Assembly (NCBI GenBank): GCA_018664485.1
Contig: JABJOE010000007.1
Span: forward strand, 132,353-196,352
DNA length: 64,000 nucleotides
Source: Candidatus Uhrbacteria bacterium
GTDB taxonomy: Bacteria; Patescibacteriota; Patescibacteriia; UBA9934
Reading direction: 5' to 3'
Shown here: positions 1 to 7,904 of the stretch, piece after piece
How positions within the stretch are numbered: position 1 is the stretch's first letter
Layout: each line of letters begins with the position of its first letter
Notes under the pieces: generated by a model
What the model was told of the DNA's origin: nothing
The model's database searches: none
Seen by the model: only the letters and a program-made list of their open reading frames with translations
Translations under genes and position numbers: made by a program

Positions 1-147
1 GAAAAGCGCTACCAAGCCTATTACAATATTAGCGCCTACAATCTTGAAAATTTTGACGTTACCATAGACACCACCCCACTCACACTTGATGAGGTATTTG
101 AGCAAACCGTAATAGCAATCGCTACACATTTACACAGCGAATCTTAA
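1..147 (+). CDS. 3' end (C-terminal 48 aa) of a gene that begins upstream of the window. The tail (...FDVTIDTTPLTLDEVFEQTVIAIATHLHSES*) resembles the C-termini of small P-loop nucleotide kinases (cytidylate-kinase-like), but it is too short to assign.
   Basis: Open frame 1 runs from the window edge to TAA at 145-147. Composition is protein-like. The short DT/LTLDEVxE motif pattern is typical of NMP-kinase C-termini. This is inference only. Confidence 0.3.
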   Translation, partial: EKRYQAYYNISAYNLENFDVTIDTTPLTLDEVFEQTVIAIATHLHSES

Positions 148-162
148 GAAGCCAGTATCTTT

Positions 163-585
163 ATGGATTTCCTTGTTCTGCTCTGCATAATACTGTCGCC
201 GATTGTATTGTTCGCGATAAGCACACTTATAGTTAATAGGTATAACTTTCAGCTCGGTTGGACGCTGCCCTTTCCAGTAATTTTAGGCTTTTTCTTCATG
301 TACTTTTTGGATCATTCTGCAGGAGTATCTGGAGGGCCGGCCGCAATTGCAGCATTTATATCCCTCCTTTTACTTATTCAGATAGCTGGAATGTTTGTTT
401 TGTCCTTTGTTTTATTTATCGAGCAGAGCAACAAGGCTTTTCAATTAACTCTCATCGCCATCCTGGCGGGTGCATCCCTTGGGATGATATACGACAGAAT
501 CTTTATTGAGCCTCACGAGATAGGAGAAAAAGGCAATTCCTCGATCCAAGCGCAATATCCAGATTGGAGGATTTTAGATAACTAG
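163..585 (+). CDS. Hypothetical integral membrane protein (about 4 TM helices).
   Basis: 140-aa ORF with four long hydrophobic segments. I recognise no conserved motif. Confidence 0.5.
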   Translation: MDFLVLLCIILSPIVLFAISTLIVNRYNFQLGWTLPFPVILGFFFMYFLDHSAGVSGGPAAIAAFISLLLLIQIAGMFVLSFVLFIEQSNKAFQLTLIAILAGASLGMIYDRIFIEPHEIGEKGNSSIQAQYPDWRILDN

Positions 586-687
586 CTACTATATAGTTTA
601 AGTCTCATTTTCAAAGTCCAACATTGAGTAGCGAGACCTTGACAAAAAGAGCGTTTTTTCCTACAATTCTGCCGTCTTAAGAAATAC

Positions 688-1302
688 GTGAAAGAAAGGC
701 TTAATCCTTTCCTCTGGCGGCAAAATCACATTTTTATGTCTGATGAAGAGAAGAAAGCCGACGAAGAGGTAAAAGAAGTTGTTGCTCCAAAGCCTGAAGC
801 GGCTGTTGAGGAAAAAGCGGCTGAAAAGGCTCCTGAAGCTCCTGCCGAGGCAAAAGCTGACGAAGCTACCGCTGAGGTTTCTCAGGAAGAAATCACTGGA
901 CGTGCTGAATCAACTGAGGTTGAGGAAGAAGTTACTCCAGACCAGGTTGAAGAGCTCCCATATACAGACATTCGGCCAGGAATGGAAGTACGAGTCCACG
1001 AGCGTATTCTCGACGTATCACCAAAAGGTGAAAAGCGTGAGCGCGTTCAGATCTTCCAAGGAATGGTTATTGGAATGAAGAGCGGTGGAGTTTCTCGAAC
1101 AATGACTGTACGAAAGGATTCGAAAGGTTGGATGGTTGAAAAGATCTTCCCTCTCTCATCTCCTAACGTTACAAAGGTAGAAGTTGTGAAGAAATTCCGA
1201 GTACGACGTGCAAAGTTGAACTTCCTACGTAAGAGCACAAGACGTAAGGGAGGTAAGAAGCGATTCAAGCGAAAGATGCACGAGATCAAAGAGTCAAAAT
1301 AG
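688..1302 (+). CDS. rplS: 50S ribosomal protein L19, with an N-terminal acidic/Ala-Glu-Lys-rich low-complexity extension.
   Basis: The C-terminal 115 aa match the L19 family pattern (IRPGMEVRVHERI...ERVQIFQGMVIGMKSGGVSRTMTVRK...GVEKIFPLSSPNVTKVEVVKKFRVRRAKLNFLR). The ORF-track start at 688 is GTG. An in-frame ATG at 736 (MSDEEKK) is an equally plausible start. An intrinsic terminator follows. Confidence 0.9.
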   Translation: MKERLNPFLWRQNHIFMSDEEKKADEEVKEVVAPKPEAAVEEKAAEKAPEAPAEAKADEATAEVSQEEITGRAESTEVEEEVTPDQVEELPYTDIRPGMEVRVHERILDVSPKGEKRERVQIFQGMVIGMKSGGVSRTMTVRKDSKGWMVEKIFPLSSPNVTKVEVVKKFRVRRAKLNFLRKSTRRKGGKKRFKRKMHEIKESK

Positions 1303-1315
1303 AATAGAATAAAAA

Positions 1316-1342
1316 GTAGGCCCCAACGGGTCTACTTTTTTT
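1316..1342 (+). terminator. Rho-independent terminator of rplS.
   Basis: Stem GTAGGCCC (1316-1323) / GGGTCTAC (1328-1335) with one G-U pair and loop CAAC, followed by a T7 run (1336-1342). Confidence 0.6.
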
Positions 1343-1689
1343 CACGAAGCAAGATCGATGTATTACCTATCACTACAGAACCTGTTCGCTGCTCCAGCGG
1401 CAGCTCACCTAGCGCTTCGGCCTGTTTCCCCGTCTACGCCGGGGACCAATCAAACAGACCTTAGAGCTTTCTGAAGTGATAACTAATAATCTCCAGAGCA
1501 ATAAAGCAACTAATCGAATGCCCAACCTTTATTTGTCATATCTTTAATTTTAAAAGAAGAGAGGTGGAAAACAAATTGTCCTTCGAGATACCTGTAAGTA
1601 GACTGTTTCTTTTTCCAAAAAATATAAAACAAATTTTTATAGCGCCCAACCTACGATCTTCTTTTTATTTCAAAGAAAAAGAGAGGGGG

Positions 1690-1738
1690 GATAAAGAGAA
1701 AACAAGCGCGCACCCGGATCCAGGAGGACCGGGTGCGC
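1690..1738 (-). terminator. Putative terminator for the minus-strand ORF 1777..2298.
   Basis: Perfect 10-bp inverted repeat GCGCACCCGG (1708-1717) / CCGGGTGCGC (1729-1738). On the minus strand it is followed by a U-rich stretch (GCTTGTTTTCTCTTTATC). It lies 40 nt downstream of the ORF stop. Confidence 0.45.
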
Positions 1739-1776
1739 AACGAAGTTGCTGAGGTTGTGCGAGCTGACTGTGACCT

Positions 1777-2298
1777 TCAGGCCCGTCGAGCCTGTTCCGC
1801 AGCCATCTGTGCAGCGGTCTCTGCGTGTCGGGCGTCAGTCCTGGCGCACTTCCACGTGAAGTACTCATCCTTCAAAGTGGTGTCACTCAGGAACGGCAGC
1901 AGGCCCCACTGAGCTGGAGCCGTCTTACGAATCTCATCTGCCAACGAATCTTCCGTCAGACTGCAGAACGGCATCTGGAAGTCTTGATGCGCAACCCTGA
2001 AGCCGAGCCTCTTGAGCTTTTTGAGAAGCGCTTTGAAATCATCTTCATTACCATGGATGCGGCCACGAATGTCTTCACCGGTGATAGCCAGCAAAGCATG
2101 TGAACGAGAGGTAATTCCTTGGCGGAGATTTCCATATGCCCAAATACTACTACTCAGCCAGACCGGAATTCCGCGCGTATCCTCTTGGCGACGCCCCTTT
2201 GGATCTCCAATCGGATTCGGCTTGATCGCCCATACTCCAGCATTGGCGTGCCAGATGAAGTGGGCAGTCTCGGGGTCCACGTATTTTCCTCGTCCCAT
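1777..2298 (-). CDS. Hypothetical protein (173 aa) in a local high-GC patch. No family recognised.
   Basis: Long ORF in a GC-rich block (~1740-2400), with a hairpin terminator downstream. The codon usage differs visibly from the neighbours. Overlapping plus-strand ORFs (1825..2103, 2012..2413, 2119..2538) look like high-GC antisense artefacts. Confidence 0.5.
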   Translation of the reverse strand: MGRGKYVDPETAHFIWHANAGVWAIKPNPIGDPKGRRQEDTRGIPVWLSSSIWAYGNLRQGITSRSHALLAITGEDIRGRIHGNEDDFKALLKKLKRLGFRVAHQDFQMPFCSLTEDSLADEIRKTAPAQWGLLPFLSDTTLKDEYFTWKCARTDARHAETAAQMAAEQARRA

Positions 2299-2569
2299 GT
2301 TAGTTCCGATGACGGCAAGCCGTCATTTTGTTCAAGTCACCTCTCACACACAACGCGTGCGCAAGTCAGCTCTCGAACGCTACAGATGTTGCCACCTGAT
2401 TGGGCGATCATAGCACTTTTTTGCCCTTTTGTCAAGGGTACGTGGCTAATATTAGCTAAATTATTTCGCTCAAAACTGATCAAAAAACTAAATATATATA
2501 AAGTAAACATATGGCCCGTACTGACCTTATGTTTGTAAAAAACAGGCCTTGCGGCCCGTTCTTTATATC

Positions 2570-5476
2570 CTATTTCTTTTTCGTCTTTGCTTTCGTTTTC
2601 TTGACTGGTGCCTTCCGAGCCGCAAATGCAAGCTTAAGCGCTTTCCCAGTATGCGTCTTATGCTTTGCGATATCTTTTGGCACACCGTTACCGACAACCA
2701 AGCCACCCTTCACACCACCTTCAGGCCCCATATCTATAATCCAATCAGATGACTGCATCACATCGGTATTATGCTCGATCACCAGAACCGTATTCCCCTT
2801 CTCAACTAAAGCATGCAACACTCCCAACAACTTACCAACATCATCAAAGTGAAGCCCCGTAGTTGGCTCATCTAAAATATACAATGTCTTTCCAGTTGCT
2901 CGACGAGAAAGTTCTGTTGAAAGCTTCACACGCTGCGCCTCACCACCCGAAAGAGTAGTTGCAGACTGTCCAAGTTTCAGATAACCAAGTCCAACTTCAT
3001 GAAGTACATTGAGCTTGTCATAAATGTTCGACCGATTAGCAAAGAACCGGCGAGCTTCATCAACCGTCATGTCCAGAACATCCGCAATATTCTTCTGACG
3101 ATAATGAATCTCCAACACCTCCTGCACATACCTACGACCTGAACACTCAGGACAATCCGAATACACATCAGGCATGAATTGCATCTCGATCCGAATTTGT
3201 CCGTCACCTGAACAGTTCTCACAACGTCCCCCACCCTTTACGTTGAAACTGAACTTTCCAGCGTCGTATCCACGAAGCTTAGCCTCGGGAACCTCTGTAA
3301 ACAAATCTCGAATAGCCGTGAACACACCAGTATATGTCGCCGGGTTCGATCGTGGAGTACGCCCAATTGGAGACTGGTCAACTGTTACAACTTTATCGAT
3401 GTTCTTAAGCCCCTTAATATCTTTATGCTGTCCGGGATATGCCTTGGCACGATAAAAGTGCTTTGAAAGCGCACGCCCCAAGATATCTAAAATCAATGTA
3501 GACTTTCCAGAACCTGATACACCGGCCACACAAACAAGCATTCCAAGTGGAATATCAACCGTAACGTTCTGGAGGTTATGCTCTTTAGCTCCAACGATTG
3601 TAATCTTCTTCTTATTTCCAGGGCGAGGCTTCTTCGGCGCAATTAGCACCTTCTGCCCTGTTAGATACTGCCCAGTCAGTGAATCTTTATTCTTCTTAAG
3701 CTGTGCTGGCGTTCCGTGAGCCACGATCTGTCCACCATATTCTCCAGCACCCGGACCGATATCAAATACATAGTCGGCAGCTTCGATCATCTCCTCATCA
3801 TGCTCTACAACCAAAACTGAGTTTCCAAGATCACGCAGACGTTTTACCGTTGCGATCAAGTGACCGTTGTCGCGTGGATGCAAACCGATAGAAGGTTCAT
3901 CTAAAACATAAATCACACCAGACAACGCCGCACCAAGCTGAGTTGAGAGCCGTACACGTTGAGACTCACCACCTGACAACGACATAGCGGCCCGATCCAA
4001 TGTGAGATATCCAAGTCCAACTTCCACAAGGTGCTTAACGCGGTCGTGAACCTCTCGAGCAACACGCTCAACAACTTTCTGCTCACCATCTGAAAGCATC
4101 TTTTGCCCCTTATTCCCTTTACTTCCCTTTTTTGCAGTCTCTAAAATCTCGTCAAAGAACGAAACAACGTCCTCAATAGGGCGCGACACAACGTCAGCAA
4201 TCGATGTACCACCGATCGTGAACATGAGTACCTCTTTACGCAGTCGTTTACCATTACAATCCGGACAAATCATCGAACGCATATAGCTCTCAAGCTCTTT
4301 GCGAACATATTCACTACTTGTCTCCTTATACTTAGTCTCAAGCATCCCAAGCACGCCAGGGAATGTCACTTCCTTCCCGGAAACGACGTAAACAGTGTCC
4401 CCTGTTCCATTGAGCAGAGTATCCATCTTCTCCGCACTAAAGGTATCCAACTCTTTATTCAAACTAAATTTCTTTTTCTTCGCAACCGCCTTTAACATCT
4501 CGATATAACTGTTCTGATTCCCAGCAATACGACTCCATGGCTTCACAGCACCCTGCTCGAGAGTAAGACGTTTGTTTGGAATAACCAGATCTGCTTCCAA
4601 AACCAATTTCATTCCAAGGCCAGTACAATCAGGACATGCACCATGTGGGGAGTTGAAAGAAAAAAGACGAGGTTCCGGCGTTGGGATCCGCATTCCACCC
4701 GGAAGATTGTATCCACGAACCAACTCAACCTCGTCACCAGTATCATCTCGATACATTAAAAGCTCATCGTTCCCCATATCAAGTGCCTGCTCGAGGATAA
4801 CGCGCATGCGCTCGATTGGAATATCTTGTCCGCCATCAAAACGCTTTGAAAGTACTTCAATTGTATGTTTCTTACTCTTCTGTTTTTTCATCGCAATAGC
4901 CTCATCCAAATCCATTGTAAGACCATCGTATCGAACTTCCTTAAACCCAGCGTTCTGTGCTGCAACCAAAACCTGATTATGCTCACCCTTCTGATCTTTG
5001 ACCATTGGCACAAACAGCATCACCTCACCTAACTTCACAGCAGCAATAATTTCCTCGGCCAAGTCATCGATAGAATTTTTCCGAATCAAGTCACCAGTCT
5101 CTGGGTTGTGAGGCTGTGCAACGCGAGAAAAAAGAACACGCAGATAATCATAAATCTCCGTCACAGTTCCCACGGTAGATCGCGGATTATGTGAAGAAGA
5201 CTTCTGGTCAATTGCAATTGTCGGTGAAAGTCCGACTATCTCGTCGACGTCAGGCTTATCTTGTAACTCAAGGAACTGTTTTGCGTAAGACGAAAGCGAC
5301 TCCATGTAGCGACGCTGTCCTTCGGCATAAATGGTGTCAAAGGCGAGAGACGACTTCCCTGACCCAGACAACCCCGTGAAGACTACGAGCTTATTTTTTG
5401 GAATGTCGCAGTTAATATTTTTCAAATTGTGAACCCGCGCACCGCGGATCGAAAGGGACTCATGTTGCACAAGCAA
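2570..5476 (-). CDS. uvrA: Excinuclease ABC subunit A (UvrA).
   Basis: 968 aa with two ABC ATPase modules: Walker A GLSGSGKSSLAFDTIYAEGQRRY and a second GVSGSGKSTL. Signature LSGGE appears twice. Zinc-finger Cys clusters (CPDCNG, CENCSGDG) are present. The start is the classic UvrA MLVQHESLSIRGARVHNLKNI. Confidence 0.97.
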   Translation of the reverse strand: MLVQHESLSIRGARVHNLKNINCDIPKNKLVVFTGLSGSGKSSLAFDTIYAEGQRRYMESLSSYAKQFLELQDKPDVDEIVGLSPTIAIDQKSSSHNPRSTVGTVTEIYDYLRVLFSRVAQPHNPETGDLIRKNSIDDLAEEIIAAVKLGEVMLFVPMVKDQKGEHNQVLVAAQNAGFKEVRYDGLTMDLDEAIAMKKQKSKKHTIEVLSKRFDGGQDIPIERMRVILEQALDMGNDELLMYRDDTGDEVELVRGYNLPGGMRIPTPEPRLFSFNSPHGACPDCTGLGMKLVLEADLVIPNKRLTLEQGAVKPWSRIAGNQNSYIEMLKAVAKKKKFSLNKELDTFSAEKMDTLLNGTGDTVYVVSGKEVTFPGVLGMLETKYKETSSEYVRKELESYMRSMICPDCNGKRLRKEVLMFTIGGTSIADVVSRPIEDVVSFFDEILETAKKGSKGNKGQKMLSDGEQKVVERVAREVHDRVKHLVEVGLGYLTLDRAAMSLSGGESQRVRLSTQLGAALSGVIYVLDEPSIGLHPRDNGHLIATVKRLRDLGNSVLVVEHDEEMIEAADYVFDIGPGAGEYGGQIVAHGTPAQLKKNKDSLTGQYLTGQKVLIAPKKPRPGNKKKITIVGAKEHNLQNVTVDIPLGMLVCVAGVSGSGKSTLILDILGRALSKHFYRAKAYPGQHKDIKGLKNIDKVVTVDQSPIGRTPRSNPATYTGVFTAIRDLFTEVPEAKLRGYDAGKFSFNVKGGGRCENCSGDGQIRIEMQFMPDVYSDCPECSGRRYVQEVLEIHYRQKNIADVLDMTVDEARRFFANRSNIYDKLNVLHEVGLGYLKLGQSATTLSGGEAQRVKLSTELSRRATGKTLYILDEPTTGLHFDDVGKLLGVLHALVEKGNTVLVIEHNTDVMQSSDWIIDMGPEGGVKGGLVVGNGVPKDIAKHKTHTGKALKLAFAARKAPVKKTKAKTKKK

Positions 5477-5560
5477 ATTCCGTTATTGAGTGAATCTTGC
5501 GTCTGATGTGAAATTGTATCGAGATACATGATCTCAAAAGCGTGTCGGAGCATATCACTT

Positions 5561-5596
5561 AAAACGCCACCTGGCAAGAGTGCTAGGTGGCTTTTG
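5561..5596 (-). terminator. Hairpin terminator (usable in both directions) downstream of the Cys-rich gene 5720..7348.
   Basis: GCCACCT (5566-5572) / AGGTGGC (5585-5591) 7-bp stem with a 12-nt loop. T4 follows on the plus strand and an A/T run flanks it on the other side. Confidence 0.4.
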
Positions 5597-5719
5597 AAAA
5601 CTTTTGGCGAAGGTCGGGCACATTCGTACACCACAAACTATCTTTGCAGCATGCACCTATACAAATTTATAAAATTTTGAATTCCGCGACAGTACAACAA
5701 TATTCAAACAGAAAACTTA

Positions 5720-7348
5720 CTACCAAGTCGGATTACAATCTACTTCATTCCCTTCTACATCCTTACAGTAAAACCAACCAAATGCTGACGTAGAGTTTGC
5801 ACAGTTAGCAAAGCTGTCAGCCTGCAAAGCACCCAGCCAATCCAACACAACGTCGCCGGCAAGAGCTACTTCCATCTCTGCTATCTCGAGCGCACTCATA
5901 TTATCCAATGCCTCCTGCGAGATATCATCAACAGATGTAGCGTTTGTGAACACTTTACATCCTTCCCCACCGGCAGGTGCGAGTCCACATGGATCGCTAT
6001 CACATAAAGCGCTCAAGAGCGGAAAATCATCATCGGCGCCTGTACGATCATCAACTTCATTATCATATTGATATTCATACTCATACTCAAAGACTGTGTC
6101 ACCTGCCTCATATACAGATTCAACAAGATCATACGCTCGACACCCCATACTCTCGTCAGCAAGAGCATCTTGTCTCAACGTGTCGCAATCAAGCGTATCG
6201 CCATCAGCCGGGTATACAAGCTCGCTGCAAGCATCAAAGCTTGTGTCTAAAACCGGAGCATCATAATAAAGACAGTATAGTTTCTCTCCAGTAATAGACG
6301 ATGCAGCAGCAGCATCTAACACATCCTGCTCATCCTTATCTACAAGGTATCCGCACATCGAGCTCGATGGCGTGGCACCGCTCACACTGGCTAACCCTGA
6401 AAATACCTCTTTACAACGCAAACATGCAAAACCATTTTCACTCTCGGCAGATGCAGCACACACTTCATACGCAGTATCACATCCACTATAGAAACACTCG
6501 TCTCCAACTTGGATAGTGGCTTCGGTATCTCCAACGTCATCAACAGTTCCTTTATTTCCACAATCTTCCTGTCCTGAAATCTCAGGGGTAATAGTAAGCC
6601 CCGCAACTTCCATCGCTTCACAGGTAGATTCAGGATCAATGAACACAACCGTACGAATGGCTGGCGGTGTTAGGCGGTTCAAGTTCGTAAGATTCGGATC
6701 TACCATCTGCCCCATAGCAACTGCTGACAGCAAAAGCACAAGACCCGTTACTGCATTTTTAACTCTCTCCTTAGCTCTTCCGATACGTCCACTATCCCCT
6801 CGAGCCAACATCCACTGTAATCCCCCTACCATTATGACAAGCACAACAAGTAATGAAGCTGTGGGAAGTAAAAAGTTGTATACGACGTTAATATAATCCG
6901 GAATACTATCCACCTCCTCGGCAGATCCAATTACAATACTTAAGTCCACTGCCTCTGGTGGTCGGTAACAATAATGCTCACCTGGAATACAATCAGCTGG
7001 CTGGCCCTGATCCCACTCATAGGGAACTTCCTCCCCATCAATCTCTGTTAAGTTATTTTCACATTCATATTGAGACCAACATTTATCATTATCTGCCGGC
7101 GTTGAACCCGTCGTATAGCAAGCCATGTAATTTGAGCCTGCATCACTACACGCGGTACGACAAGATGCAGTATCTTCTAGATTCGACTCCGATAGCTGAG
7201 TAGCTCCGGCAGAAGTCTTGCACCAACAATCACAACTAGCCTCCGAATCCTCAGCAAAAACAAAACCAACCGAGCCAAAAAGCATTGAAACGGTTAGGAG
7301 CGAAATAAAAATGGCTGTTATCCTCCGCATACACAAATATGAACTCAT
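5720..7348 (-). CDS. Secreted or membrane-anchored Cys-rich acidic protein with an internal two-helix pilin-like (VirB2/TrbC-like) hydrophobic hairpin.
   Basis: N-terminal signal peptide (MRRITAIFISLLTVSMLFGSVGFVFA; the likely start is the internal ATG around 7330). More than 40 Cys residues in Asp/Glu-rich extracellular regions. The central segment LLPTASLLVVLVIMVGGLQWMLARGDSGRIGRAKERVKNAVTGLVLLLSAVAMGQMV is TM helix - basic loop - TM helix. No enzymatic motif is present. Confidence 0.6.
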   Translation of the reverse strand: MSSYLCMRRITAIFISLLTVSMLFGSVGFVFAEDSEASCDCWCKTSAGATQLSESNLEDTASCRTACSDAGSNYMACYTTGSTPADNDKCWSQYECENNLTEIDGEEVPYEWDQGQPADCIPGEHYCYRPPEAVDLSIVIGSAEEVDSIPDYINVVYNFLLPTASLLVVLVIMVGGLQWMLARGDSGRIGRAKERVKNAVTGLVLLLSAVAMGQMVDPNLTNLNRLTPPAIRTVVFIDPESTCEAMEVAGLTITPEISGQEDCGNKGTVDDVGDTEATIQVGDECFYSGCDTAYEVCAASAESENGFACLRCKEVFSGLASVSGATPSSSMCGYLVDKDEQDVLDAAAASSITGEKLYCLYYDAPVLDTSFDACSELVYPADGDTLDCDTLRQDALADESMGCRAYDLVESVYEAGDTVFEYEYEYQYDNEVDDRTGADDDFPLLSALCDSDPCGLAPAGGEGCKVFTNATSVDDISQEALDNMSALEIAEMEVALAGDVVLDWLGALQADSFANCANSTSAFGWFYCKDVEGNEVDCNPTW

Positions 7349-7512
7349 TCTAAAAACAACTTTAGAGAATTTCTTAGAATATGTTTAGCGAAAACGTTGA
7401 AACGTGATGGAGGCATAGCCGTAGCTACGTCGACGAACGTTGAAGCGTTTGCAGCAAAGATAGACAATAAATTCTCAAAGTTTGTCTTTATTATGAGTTC
7501 ATCATATCATGG

Positions 7513-7541
7513 TTGACAGAAACATCCCTCACTGTTAGAGT
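7513..7541 (+). promoter_or_regulatory. Sigma-70-type promoter of secG (TTGACA-N17-TAGAGT).
   Basis: TTGACA at 7513-7518, a 17-nt spacer, TAGAGT at 7536-7541. ATG of secG lies 10 nt after the -10 box, so the transcript is near-leaderless. The ORF-track TTG 'start' at 7513 is actually the -35 box. Confidence 0.5.
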
Positions 7542-7551
7542 TTCTCGCGTT

Positions 7552-7761
7552 ATGATATTTGACATTATCCAACTTATTTTAGCCCTACTACTAACAGGGG
7601 CAATCCTCATGCAATCAAGCAGTGCTGGTCTTGGTGCTGTATTTGGAGGAGACGCCGGTGTACAGCGCACCAAACGTGGAGTAGAGAAGAAACTACATCA
7701 CACAACTATTATACTTGCTATTCTTTTCCTGGGTGTAGCCCTTGTAAACGTTTTGAACTAG
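7552..7761 (+). CDS. secG: Preprotein translocase subunit SecG.
   Basis: 69 aa with two TM helices flanking a Gly-rich loop (ILMQSSSAGLGAVFGGDAGVQ), matching the SecG LLQ-x-KG-G-x-FGG pattern. Start reassigned to ATG 7552 (MIFDIIQL...). Confidence 0.75.
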   Translation: MIFDIIQLILALLLTGAILMQSSSAGLGAVFGGDAGVQRTKRGVEKKLHHTTIILAILFLGVALVNVLN

Positions 7762-7904
7762 GGTCCGCCCCCTATAACTAGTCGTCACATACTCTTCTGA
7801 GTTTACGGCAAAAAATTGAACATCTTTCCAAACGCCTAACTAGTAGATGGCGTAAATTTTCTAATCGTTCTTCTCGCGCTAAACGTGCGAATACGAATTT
7901 AGCG

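Noticed and set aside
1350-1480. Possible tRNA or tmRNA fragment downstream of rplS (GC-rich, GCTGC...GCAGC hairpin).
   Set aside because: No T-loop (GTTCRANYC) or acceptor-stem/CCA features on either strand.
2570-5476. Numerous 60-130-aa ORFs on the plus strand inside uvrA (for example 3174..3455, 4572..4976).
   Set aside because: They lie entirely within the strongly supported UvrA frame on the opposite strand and have no independent signals.
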